Position numbers and translations under genes: made by a program
Assembly: GCA_037190965.1 (NCBI GenBank)
Contig: JBBCKI010000054.1
Location: forward strand, 1-14,543
Length of the DNA: 14,543 nt
Source: Chthoniobacteraceae bacterium
GTDB taxonomy: Bacteria > Verrucomicrobiota > Verrucomicrobiia > Chthoniobacterales > Chthoniobacteraceae
Reading direction: 5' to 3'
The notes under the pieces: generated by a model
What the model was told of the DNA's origin: nothing
The model's input: the letters and a program-made list of their open reading frames with translations, nothing else
Database searches by the model: none
In this document: piece after piece, positions 1 to 6,830 of the stretch
How positions within the stretch are numbered: the first letter of the stretch is position 1
How the letters are laid out: each line of letters opens with the position of its first letter

Positions 1-62
1 CTCATCCCAATCCCAGCAGCCTGTCTTGCGGGGATGGGCGTCAAACGCGGCTCTTCATCGAT

Positions 63-89
63 CCCGCGCTCGCGGCGCGAGCGGGCTAC
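63..89 (-). repeat. GTAG-tagged REP-like palindrome, downstream of the XRE gene
   Basis: The minus strand reads GTAG-CCCGCTCGC-GCC-GCGAGCG-CGGG. The GC-rich stem is CGCTCGC (67-73) / GCGAGCG (77-83), with a GTAG tag as in GTAG-type REPs. Only one copy is in the window. Confidence 0.45.
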
Positions 90-109
90 CTTTCACTCTT
101 CCCTCGCCT

Positions 110-394
110 CTAAGGCCGTTTGCGCTTGCTGGGAATATGACCGTCGAGCAGGTGAGGAAGGATCTCAACCAACTCCTCTTTGGGCGGCAAAAGCTGGTCT
201 ATGCCAATTCCCAAAACATCCGCGATGATGGCGAGTTCAAAATCGAAGACCGAACGGATTCTCGCCTCGATTTTCCCCACGGCAGCCCGATCCAGGGATA
301 AACCTGCCAATTGCAGCTTCGTTGCGAGATCGTCTTGAGACAAATCTTGCGCGATCCGGAGTTTCCGGACTTGAGGTCCAACTGAATTTCTCAA
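110..394 (-). CDS. XRE-family (HTH_3) transcriptional regulator
   Basis: The translation has an HTH_3 pattern: VGPQVRKLRIAQDLSQDDLATKLQLAGLSLDRAAVGKIEARIRSVFDFELAIIADVLGIGIDQLL. The start is taken as TTG at 394 (NSVGPQ...). The in-frame ATG at 439 is an alternative, but its reading frame runs through the operator-like palindrome. Confidence 0.85.
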   Translation of the reverse strand: MRNSVGPQVRKLRIAQDLSQDDLATKLQLAGLSLDRAAVGKIEARIRSVFDFELAIIADVLGIGIDQLLPPKEELVEILPHLLDGHIPSKRKRP

Positions 395-416
395 GAAAAG
401 TGATGCTTTTTCAAGA

Positions 417-479
417 TTGATCCCTATGGGGATCAACATCTGGCTTTTTATCCGCTAAGGTCAAGCTCCCCATGGGGAG
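417..479. promoter_or_regulatory. Two palindromic operator-like sites, core TCCCYATGGGGA
   Basis: TTGATCCC-TATG-GGGATCAA (417-436) and the perfect palindrome CTCCCCATGGGGAG (466-479) share a 12-bp core. The cores are 46 bp apart and lie directly upstream of the XRE gene. Confidence 0.6.
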
Positions 480-518
480 GCACCCGTCGCTTTAAAATAA
501 TCAATCCTGAGAAGCCCG

Positions 519-563
519 GAGGGGCAGTTTTCACCAATCGTTGAAAATTGCCCCTCTTCTTTA
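519..563 (+). terminator. 15-bp inverted repeat, possible intrinsic terminator
   Basis: GAGGGGCAGTTTTCA (519-533) and TGAAAATTGCCCCTC (542-556) pair with one G-U and an 8-nt loop, followed by TTCTTTA on the + strand. Confidence 0.45.
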
Positions 564-663
564 TAACGCAGCAGGGATTAGATCTTGCACCGAATCCCCC
601 GGACCGATTCCGAGAACTCCGCAGGCCCAATTTCAGCCGGGTCTTGAACGGCTACAGAAATAC

Positions 664-1134
664 TTAAAACGCTCCAAAGCGGATCGACTCCAGAAGCCCC
701 TGACCGCGCGCTTCGGCGTCAGCCTCGGAGAGATTGAACGTCTCGTAGAAGAACGACCAGACCGTGCGCTCGGGAAACAGGAGCAAAGCCCAAAAGCGAT
801 GACGCTCGTCATTGGCGGTTCCGGCGTAACGGGCTTCGGGGACGCCGCAACGCTCACCATAATGAGGCTCCGTCATCGCCAGATCGGGCGCGCGGTCGAA
901 CCCCAGTTCTACTGCCTTGCGATGGCGGGCCACGGCGCGGTGAATCAAAGCGTCCTCGTTGTTGCCCCCGCCCGGCAGTTCCGCCCGCGAGATCGTCATT
1001 TGCTCCCGACGGTCGGCACTCCGATAAGACCAGCGCCCGGCCTCATCCGAAGGCCGGAGCTGCCAATGCCCGGGAAGGGCAAGGTTGACACCATATTCGG
1101 CAAACAGGGTTTCCCGCTTTTTCCAGTGAGCCAT
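664..1134 (-). CDS. Hypothetical protein (156 aa), possibly a PsbP/Mog1-like fold
   Basis: The ORF from ATG 1134 (MAHWKKRETLF...) follows the cvpA-like gene on the same strand without overlap. The N-terminal LPGHW and C-terminal LLESIRF patterns recall PsbP/DcrB-like proteins (inference). Confidence 0.7.
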   Translation of the reverse strand: MAHWKKRETLFAEYGVNLALPGHWQLRPSDEAGRWSYRSADRREQMTISRAELPGGGNNEDALIHRAVARHRKAVELGFDRAPDLAMTEPHYGERCGVPEARYAGTANDERHRFWALLLFPERTVWSFFYETFNLSEADAEARGQGLLESIRFGAF

Positions 1135-1189
1135 ACCGTCCCAAGATTCCCTGTCCGCCCGTCCGGCTCCAAGCAAAATCGCCCGTTCA

Positions 1190-2047
1190 CTATCTCTCTG
1201 CCGGCTGGACGTCCGACCTTTGCGCTTCAAGAGCGAAATCGAGCGCTTTCTCCAGGTCGAACTTCCCGACCTGTTCGGCAACCTTCGGGTTGTTGGCCGT
1301 TCTGGTGATGCGTGGGTGTTTCAGCAATGAAAAGTAACGCCTCTCCTGCACCGCGCGGGCGATCTCGGGATCGTCCCGAAGCGCGGTAATCTCCTTCATC
1401 TGCGTCAATTCAATGGCCCCCGGATACTCCAGAAAACGGCTGATGGCGGCGGGATTGGCGGAAAGACGCCCGAGTTTTTCAATCAACTCGTAGGCTTTCT
1501 TCGGGATCGGATCGACGGTATCGAGCACTTCCCCCGCAATCCCCACCTCCAGCGCATGCTTCATCTCGACTAGCCCCGCGACGGTAGCTTTCTTCGAAGT
1601 GGGAACTTGCGCCGAGGAATTGGGCTCCTCGGCAATCCCGGAGGCAAGCGTCCCGAGAAACCGGATCGCGAGCGCCATCATCGTGACAAAAAACAGCCCG
1701 AAGAGCACCCCGCAAAGCGAGCCGGTCACCCCGTAAACCAGCCAGACCAGGCCAAAATCCTGATCGGTCGTTTTCTTGAAAAGGACGCGCCCCACAAAGG
1801 AGACGATCAGGTAAGCCACGATGCCGATAAGCGCCATGCTCACCGGCTTCAAAATCAAATCGGGATACCCGGTCAGCCTCAAAACCGGAACCGCCATGCC
1901 CCCCAGGAAAATCCCGGCGAGATAGGCGGACACCAGCGCGCCAAGCCGGATCAACTGCCGGACAATCCCCAAACGCCAGCCACGGAACGCTTCATACGCG
2001 ATGAAGAGGCCCGCCAATCCAAAGAAGATCATCTGGCCGCGATCCAT
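1190..2047 (-). CDS. CvpA (colicin V production) family membrane protein with a soluble C-terminal extension
   Basis: N-terminal AFRGWRLGIVRQLIRLGALVSAY motif, about four hydrophobic segments and G-x-x-x-G motifs (GSLCGVLFG). It starts 18 bp downstream of aroC. Confidence 0.8.
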   Translation of the reverse strand: MDRGQMIFFGLAGLFIAYEAFRGWRLGIVRQLIRLGALVSAYLAGIFLGGMAVPVLRLTGYPDLILKPVSMALIGIVAYLIVSFVGRVLFKKTTDQDFGLVWLVYGVTGSLCGVLFGLFFVTMMALAIRFLGTLASGIAEEPNSSAQVPTSKKATVAGLVEMKHALEVGIAGEVLDTVDPIPKKAYELIEKLGRLSANPAAISRFLEYPGAIELTQMKEITALRDDPEIARAVQERRYFSLLKHPRITRTANNPKVAEQVGKFDLEKALDFALEAQRSDVQPAER

Positions 2048-2065
2048 AACAAAGAACGGGGCGCT

Positions 2066-3157
2066 CTACGCCTCGCCTCCCCGCTGCGCCCGCTGACGCA
2101 AGGCATGATCGCAAAGTACCAGCGCGGCCATCGCCTCCACCATCGGGACGGCGCGCGGCAACACGCAGGCATCGTGCCGCCCCCGGGCGGAGAGTTCGGT
2201 TTCCTCGCCGGTCACGGTCACCGTCTGCTGAGGACGCATGATGGTCGCCGTCGGCTTGAAGGCGATACGGAAGAAAATCGGCTCGCCGTTGCTGATGCCG
2301 CCCTGCACGCCGCCGGAGCGGTTGCTGGTGGTGCGGACTTTTCCCTCCCGCATGACGAAGGGATCGTTATGCTGCGAACCGGTAAGGAGCGTTCCCGCGA
2401 AGCCCGAGCCGATCTCGAACCCCTTGGTGGCAGGCAGGCTCATCATCGCCTTGGCGAGATCGGCCTCCAGTTTATCGAAAACCGGTTCCCCCCATCCTGC
2501 CGGGACACCGCGAATGACGCACTCGATCACCCCGCCCACGGAATCTCCCTCGCTGCGGACCTGCTTGATCCGGTCGATCATTTTGGGCACCGCCGCCGCG
2601 TCGGGACACCGGACGATGTTCCCCTCGACCTGCTCAAACGTGACGGTCGCCGGATCGACCTCGGCTTCGATATCCTGAATGGTTTTGACATAGGCCACGA
2701 TCTCCAGCCCCGGCGCGAATGCGGCGAGCGCTTTCTTGGCCACCACCGCCGCCGCGACCCGGCCAATCGTCTCGCGGGCCGAGGAGCGGCCGCCCCCCTC
2801 CCAATTGCGAATGCCGTATTTGGCCTGGTAAGTATAGTCCGCGTGCGAAGGACGATAAGCCGTCGCCATTTCGCTGTAAGCCTCGGGACGGGCGTCCTTG
2901 TTCATCACCAGCACGGAGATCGGCGTGCCGAGCGTCTTCCCCTGGAACACCCCGGAGAGAATGCGGCACTGGTCCTCCTCCTTGCGCGGCGTGACAATTT
3001 CGCTCTGCCCCGGCTTGCGCCGATCGAGGTCACGCTGGATATCCGCCTCGCACAGTTCGATCGAAGGCGGGCATCCATCGATGACGACGCCGACGCCGCC
3101 CCCGTGAGATTCGCCCCAGGTGGAAATGCGGAAAAGTTGACCGAACTGGCTGGACAT
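2066..3157 (-). CDS. aroC: Chorismate synthase
   Basis: Signature motifs [50 protein letters not shown] and RGRHDACV; 363 aa. Confidence 0.98.
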   Translation of the reverse strand: MSSQFGQLFRISTWGESHGGGVGVVIDGCPPSIELCEADIQRDLDRRKPGQSEIVTPRKEEDQCRILSGVFQGKTLGTPISVLVMNKDARPEAYSEMATAYRPSHADYTYQAKYGIRNWEGGGRSSARETIGRVAAAVVAKKALAAFAPGLEIVAYVKTIQDIEAEVDPATVTFEQVEGNIVRCPDAAAVPKMIDRIKQVRSEGDSVGGVIECVIRGVPAGWGEPVFDKLEADLAKAMMSLPATKGFEIGSGFAGTLLTGSQHNDPFVMREGKVRTTSNRSGGVQGGISNGEPIFFRIAFKPTATIMRPQQTVTVTGEETELSARGRHDACVLPRAVPMVEAMAALVLCDHALRQRAQRGGEA

Positions 3158-3332
3158 ATTCCTTCAATCAAACCAGCGGGAGAGCATCCCGGCAACTTGA
3201 TTTCTTGCAGAAAGGCCCGTTGGCCGGAGCCACCGCCGACCGCTGACCTCGCCCCAAAGGGCAATGGCGATCCGTTTCCGCGAAGGCTTTTGTATGGACT
3301 CAGTATTGTCGGCCCACTAGCCTTTCCGCCCC

Positions 3333-4847
3333 ATGCATACCGCTTCTCCATCCGCCGAATCCCGCGATATCATCCTTGTTGGAAGCGGCATCATGTCGGC
3401 CAATCTCGGGGCCATGCTCAAAGTCTTGAACCCCGAAGCCACGATTTCGCTCTATGAAACGACGGCGGGGTTTGCGGAAGAGAGCTCCAACGGCTGGAAT
3501 AATGCCGGGACCGGGCATGCGGGAATTTGTGAACTCAGCTACACGCCGCATCGGGAAAAGGACGGCTCGGTCAACGTCAACAAGGCGATCGAAATTTTTG
3601 AGCAGTTCGAATACTCGAAACAATTTTGGGCCTTTGCGCTGGAACGGGGGATGATCGCTCACCCGAAAGACTTTATTCGCCCCGTGCCGCACTTGAGCTT
3701 TGTGCAGGGAGCGGAACAGGTCGATTACCTGAAGGCGCGTTACAAAGGGATGTCAGAGCACCCTTTCTTTTCGGAGATGGAGTTTACGAGCGACCGGGAG
3801 ACGATCGCCCGTTGGGCTCCACTCCTGGTCGAGGGGCGGCAGGAAGGGCCGGTGGCGGCGACCAAGATGGATGGCGGGACGGATATCAACTTCGGCGAGA
3901 TCGCCCGCAAGCTACTCGAATGGCTCGGCAAGCAACCGGGGTGCTCGCTCCATACCCGGCACCGGGTGCTTACCCTGGCGCCCGTGGGACGCGAGTGGGA
4001 AGTGACTATTGAAGATCTCGTAACCGGCAAGCTGATCCGGCAGCAGGCGAAGTTTGTTTTCCTTGGAGCGGGCGGAGGAAGCCTGCCGCTCCTGCAAAAG
4101 AGCGGCATCCCCGAGAGCAAAGGGCTGGGCGGCTTCCCCGTGGGCGGGCAATGGCTAGTCTGCGATGATCAAGAGGTTATCAACCGGCACCAGGCCAAGG
4201 TTTATGGGCAGGCCCTCGGGGCTGCGCCGACGATGGCGGTGCCGCATCTCGACACGCGTGTCATCAACGGCAAAAAAGCGCTTCTTTTCGGACCGTTTGC
4301 CGCATGGACCACCAAGTTCCTCAACAAGACAGGACATTGGACCGACCTGCCGGCGTCGGTGCGTCCGGACAACCTGGCAACATTGCTCAATGTGGGGATT
4401 CATAACCTCGACCTCGTGCGCTACCTGGTGGGGCAAGGCTTGCAGAGCAAGGAGAAGCGAATGGAGACGCTGCGTGAATTCTATCCCAACGCCCGCTCGG
4501 AAGATTGGCGATTGATCGACGCGGGCATCCGCGTGCAGGCGATCAAGAAGACGGACGGAGCGGCCGGGATCGTTCACTACGGCACGGAGGTGATCACCAA
4601 CCAGGAACGCACCCTCTCCACGCTGCTGGGCGCTTCGCCGGGCGCGTCGGTATCGGTCCATATCGTTCTGGAAGTCATCAAGCATTGCTTCGCGCCGTGG
4701 CTAGAAACTGCCGAAGGGCAGAATCGCATCAAGGAGATGATCCCTTCCTTTGGGCAAGACATGAAGCGGCCTGAGAACGCGGAGCGTTTTCGGGAGATCA
4801 CCCGGCGGGTCGATGCTTTGCTGGAGCTTTCGGAGACTTCCAATTGA
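3333..4847 (+). CDS. mqo: Malate:quinone oxidoreductase
   Basis: Motifs LVGSGIMSA, ESSNGWNNAGTGHAGICELSYTP, FVFLGAGGGSLPLLQKSGIPE, KVYGQA..GAPTMAVPHLDTR, LFGPFA, AGIRVQ and LLGASPGAS; 504 aa. Confidence 0.97.
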   Translation: MHTASPSAESRDIILVGSGIMSANLGAMLKVLNPEATISLYETTAGFAEESSNGWNNAGTGHAGICELSYTPHREKDGSVNVNKAIEIFEQFEYSKQFWAFALERGMIAHPKDFIRPVPHLSFVQGAEQVDYLKARYKGMSEHPFFSEMEFTSDRETIARWAPLLVEGRQEGPVAATKMDGGTDINFGEIARKLLEWLGKQPGCSLHTRHRVLTLAPVGREWEVTIEDLVTGKLIRQQAKFVFLGAGGGSLPLLQKSGIPESKGLGGFPVGGQWLVCDDQEVINRHQAKVYGQALGAAPTMAVPHLDTRVINGKKALLFGPFAAWTTKFLNKTGHWTDLPASVRPDNLATLLNVGIHNLDLVRYLVGQGLQSKEKRMETLREFYPNARSEDWRLIDAGIRVQAIKKTDGAAGIVHYGTEVITNQERTLSTLLGASPGASVSVHIVLEVIKHCFAPWLETAEGQNRIKEMIPSFGQDMKRPENAERFREITRRVDALLELSETSN

Positions 4848-4849
4848 GT
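4834..4849 (+). repeat. 16-bp direct repeat, left copy (attL-like), containing the mqo stop codon
   Basis: AGACTTCCAATTGAGT is identical to 10937-10952. Confidence 0.75.
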
Positions 4850-4863
4850 GTATCATCGCTGAA

Positions 4864-5757
4864 ATGCGATATGACGTGATCATCATCGGGGGAAGCTACG
4901 CGGGAATGGCGGCAGCCCTTCAGCTTCTCCGGGCGCGGAGGTCTGTGCTGGTAATCGACGCCGGTGAGCGGCGAAATCGCTTCGCCAGCCATTCGCATGG
5001 GTTTCTCGGACAGGATGGAGTCGATCCCGGAGAGATCGCTTCGAACGCGCGCAAACAGCTCGAATCTTATCCTACCCTGACGTGGATTGAGGGTCGAGCC
5101 GAAGCGATCATCGGCCAAGCCAACGACTTCACCGTCTCAACGACCGACGGACAGGTCTATCACAGCCGCCGCATCCTTCTCGCTACAGGCGTATCCGACC
5201 AGCTCCCGCCGATCACAGGAATTGCGGAACGCTGGGGCAAGACCGTCTTCCATTGCCCCTATTGCCATGGATACGAACTCAACCAAGGCCGCATTGGCGT
5301 GATCGCGTCAGGCCCCATGTCAGTGCATCAAGCGGAACTCCTCACGGATTGGGGCGAAGTGACGTTCCTGATCAACGGAGTTGTGGAACTTGATTACGAA
5401 ATGCGGACCGCCCTGAAAGACAGGGGCGTGACGATTGAAGAAACGCTCATTAACCAGATCGAAGGCGCTGCCGACGTTCTCATGGTTGATGGCCGACGGC
5501 TCTCCTTTGCAGGCCTATTCACCGCGACGCGCTGCCTTCCCAGCCCCCTTGCCGAAGCGGCGGGATGCGCGATTGAAGAGACGCCCGCGGGCACACAGAT
5601 CCGCACTGATGCCGAGAATAAGACTTCGGTTTACGGAATATTTGCGTGCGGAGATGTGGCGCGTGCTCCGCATTCGGTGTCTCTCGCCGTGGGCAACGGT
5701 GCCATGGGCGGCATCCAGGTACATCGTTCGCTTCTCTGGCCGGAGAACAAGCACTGA
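4864..5757 (+). CDS. Thioredoxin-reductase-like NAD(P)/FAD-dependent oxidoreductase
   Basis: ATG at 4864 (MRYDVIIIGGSYAGMAAA, FAD-binding), ILLATG, a redox CxxC in FHCPYCHGYE, and TSVYGIFACGD; 297 aa. Confidence 0.92.
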   Translation: MRYDVIIIGGSYAGMAAALQLLRARRSVLVIDAGERRNRFASHSHGFLGQDGVDPGEIASNARKQLESYPTLTWIEGRAEAIIGQANDFTVSTTDGQVYHSRRILLATGVSDQLPPITGIAERWGKTVFHCPYCHGYELNQGRIGVIASGPMSVHQAELLTDWGEVTFLINGVVELDYEMRTALKDRGVTIEETLINQIEGAADVLMVDGRRLSFAGLFTATRCLPSPLAEAAGCAIEETPAGTQIRTDAENKTSVYGIFACGDVARAPHSVSLAVGNGAMGGIQVHRSLLWPENKH

Positions 5758-5760
5758 CCC

Positions 5761-5964
5761 GAATGGCGTTAAGTTAAGAGAGCTTTGGGATATTTACAGG
5801 GGTTCGCGGGTCGTTTTTTGGTGTCCCATGGGTGTCTTATGAGCATCCGAAAATCACAATGGCTCGTGAAGCCTTTAAGTCCGTTCGGCAGATTTCCTGA
5901 AACAGCCGAGAATATGCCCAAAATACCCGATTTTACCCTGATTGTGCTTAACTTAACGCCATTC
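5761..5964. mobile_element. MITE / internally deleted IS, IS4-like (204 bp)
   Basis: Perfect 18-bp TIRs GAATGGCGTTAAGTTAAG (5761-5778) and CTTAACTTAACGCCATTC (5947-5964), flanked by the 11-bp direct repeat AGCACTGACCC (5750-5760, 5965-5975). No transposase ORF. The family call is inferred from TSD length and TIR style. Confidence 0.9.
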
Positions 5965-6074
5965 AGCACTGACCCCTTTCCATACTTCTTTCCCTTCAAC
6001 TGGCGGTCCGTCACAAATGTGGTTTCCGCGCTTTTCTCCTTGCCTTCAGCGCCGGAAGACGGGAACTTTCGAGT

Positions 6075-6147
6075 GCTGGCGAGAGTCAGCCGGGACTTGA
6101 TAACCCCGTCCAGAACGGCTGGCAGTAGCCGAAAACCTATTGCCGTT
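6075..6147 (+). ncRNA. c4/CI-like antisense RNA candidate
   Basis: Hairpin GCTGGC-GAGA-GTCAGC (6075-6090, GNRA tetraloop), hairpin CGGG-ACTTGATAAC-CCCG (6091-6108) and a further stem at 6121-6144. TTGATAA and CCGTCCA are complementary to downstream TTATCAA (6231-6237) and TGGACGG (6223-6229). The ends are approximate. Confidence 0.6.
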
Positions 6148-6162
6148 TCCGGGGTATTCATA

Positions 6163-6280
6163 TGGCCGGGAGGCGGCGGCGCATGTCCAGGCCTTGTGGC
6201 TAAAGGCCGTCGCGGCTGTTTTTGGACGGCTTATCAACTCCCGGCCACCTTCGAGCAATCTAGGTGGCCGTTTTGTTTTT
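6163..6280 (+). promoter_or_regulatory. Antiterminator/terminator attenuator
   Basis: TGGCCGGGAG (6163-6172) pairs with CTCCCGGCCA (6238-6247). This is mutually exclusive with the terminator CGGCCACCT (6242-6250) / AGGTGGCCG (6262-6270) followed by TTTTGTTTTT (6271-6280). Confidence 0.75.
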
Positions 6281-6295
6281 AAAGCTGCCAATCCC

Positions 6296-6517
6296 ATGAA
6301 GACTGCCCAACGCAATATTTTTCACGCAAAAAGCGCCGAAGGACTCGCAGAATGCCTCGGCATCCTTTTGTTCCATCTGGACGCTGCGGCCCTCCCCGCC
6401 TCAAACCTCGAATCGCTTTGCATCGAAATTCACGCCCTTTCGGCTCACGTCGACGTGTTCAAACTCCGCGCCGCCGGGGAAATCGCCGCACGGCGCGACG
6501 CGCCCCGCAAGCCTTGA
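6296..6517 (+). CDS. Small hypothetical protein (73 aa) downstream of the attenuator
   Basis: ATG 15 bp after the terminator U-tract. MKTAQRNIFHAKSAEGLAECLGILLFHLD... looks helical and protein-like. No family recognised. Confidence 0.6.
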   Translation: MKTAQRNIFHAKSAEGLAECLGILLFHLDAAALPASNLESLCIEIHALSAHVDVFKLRAAGEIAARRDAPRKP

Positions 6518-6583
6518 TATTCCCCTCACGACAATGATTTGGCTGACGGGACACTAGTGTTTCGAAGGTGCTCCTGCGCACCA

Positions 6584-6658
6584 AAAGCGGCAGAGACCGC
6601 CGCAGTCCAAGACGTTTCATCGTGCACCATGCAGTCGCGAGTGCGTCTTGCGTGCGCC
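6584..6658. repeat. REP-like palindrome with a degenerate inverted partner
   Basis: Minus strand 6614-6584 reads CGTCTTGGACTGCGGCGGTCTCTGCCGCTTT (GCGGCGG/CTGCCGC stem). A partial inverted copy CGTCTTG-CGTGCGCC lies at 6644-6658. Confidence 0.5.
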
Positions 6659-6683
6659 ATTGCCATTCCGGCTCCTGAAACGG

Positions 6684-6722
6684 AAAAAAGTCCCACCCCA
6701 AAACTCGGGGACGGGACTTTTT
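6684..6722. terminator. Bidirectional intrinsic terminator, copy 1
   Basis: AAAAAAGTCCC-ACCCC-AAAACTC-GGGG-AC-GGGACTTTTT, between the convergent 73-aa ORF and PEP-CTERM gene. Confidence 0.8.
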
Positions 6723-6830
6723 GGCGATCGACTTCAATGTCGTCCCTTTTCTTATGAGGCCGGACTTCCCGATCATGGGAAAAATCAAAGCTGATGCTCC
6801 AAGCTCCCGCGCCACGCGCTCAAGGCGCAT

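Noticed and set aside
541..1308. 255-aa + strand ORF
   Set aside because: It lies opposite the 664-1134 gene and overlaps the cvpA-like 3' end. The minus-strand ORF fits the operon and looks more protein-like.
1607..3457. 616-aa + strand ORF
   Set aside because: It is the antisense shadow of aroC and the cvpA-like gene. It is rich in Arg/His/Gly, has no motifs, and long shadow ORFs are expected in GC-rich coding DNA.
5768..5774. GTTAAGT as an integron attC core (GTTRRRY)
   Set aside because: It is fully explained as part of the MITE TIR with its TSD. There is no attC L-box structure and no integron integrase.
5825..5832. CCCATGGG palindrome inside the MITE, resembling the XRE operator core
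   Set aside because: It is only 8 bp with different half-site spacing, so it is plausibly chance.
5785..6282. 165-aa + ORF, and the 130-aa minus ORF at 5769-6161
   Set aside because: Both run across the MITE boundary and the structured RNA leader. The distal part of the + ORF resembles Ash-type leader translations, which are better explained as RNA structure. A short translated leader cannot be excluded.
6459..6830. 123-aa minus ORF directly after the PEP-CTERM gene
   Set aside because: It reads through a strong terminator and a REP-like element, overlaps the 73-aa ORF, and has no recognisable protein features.
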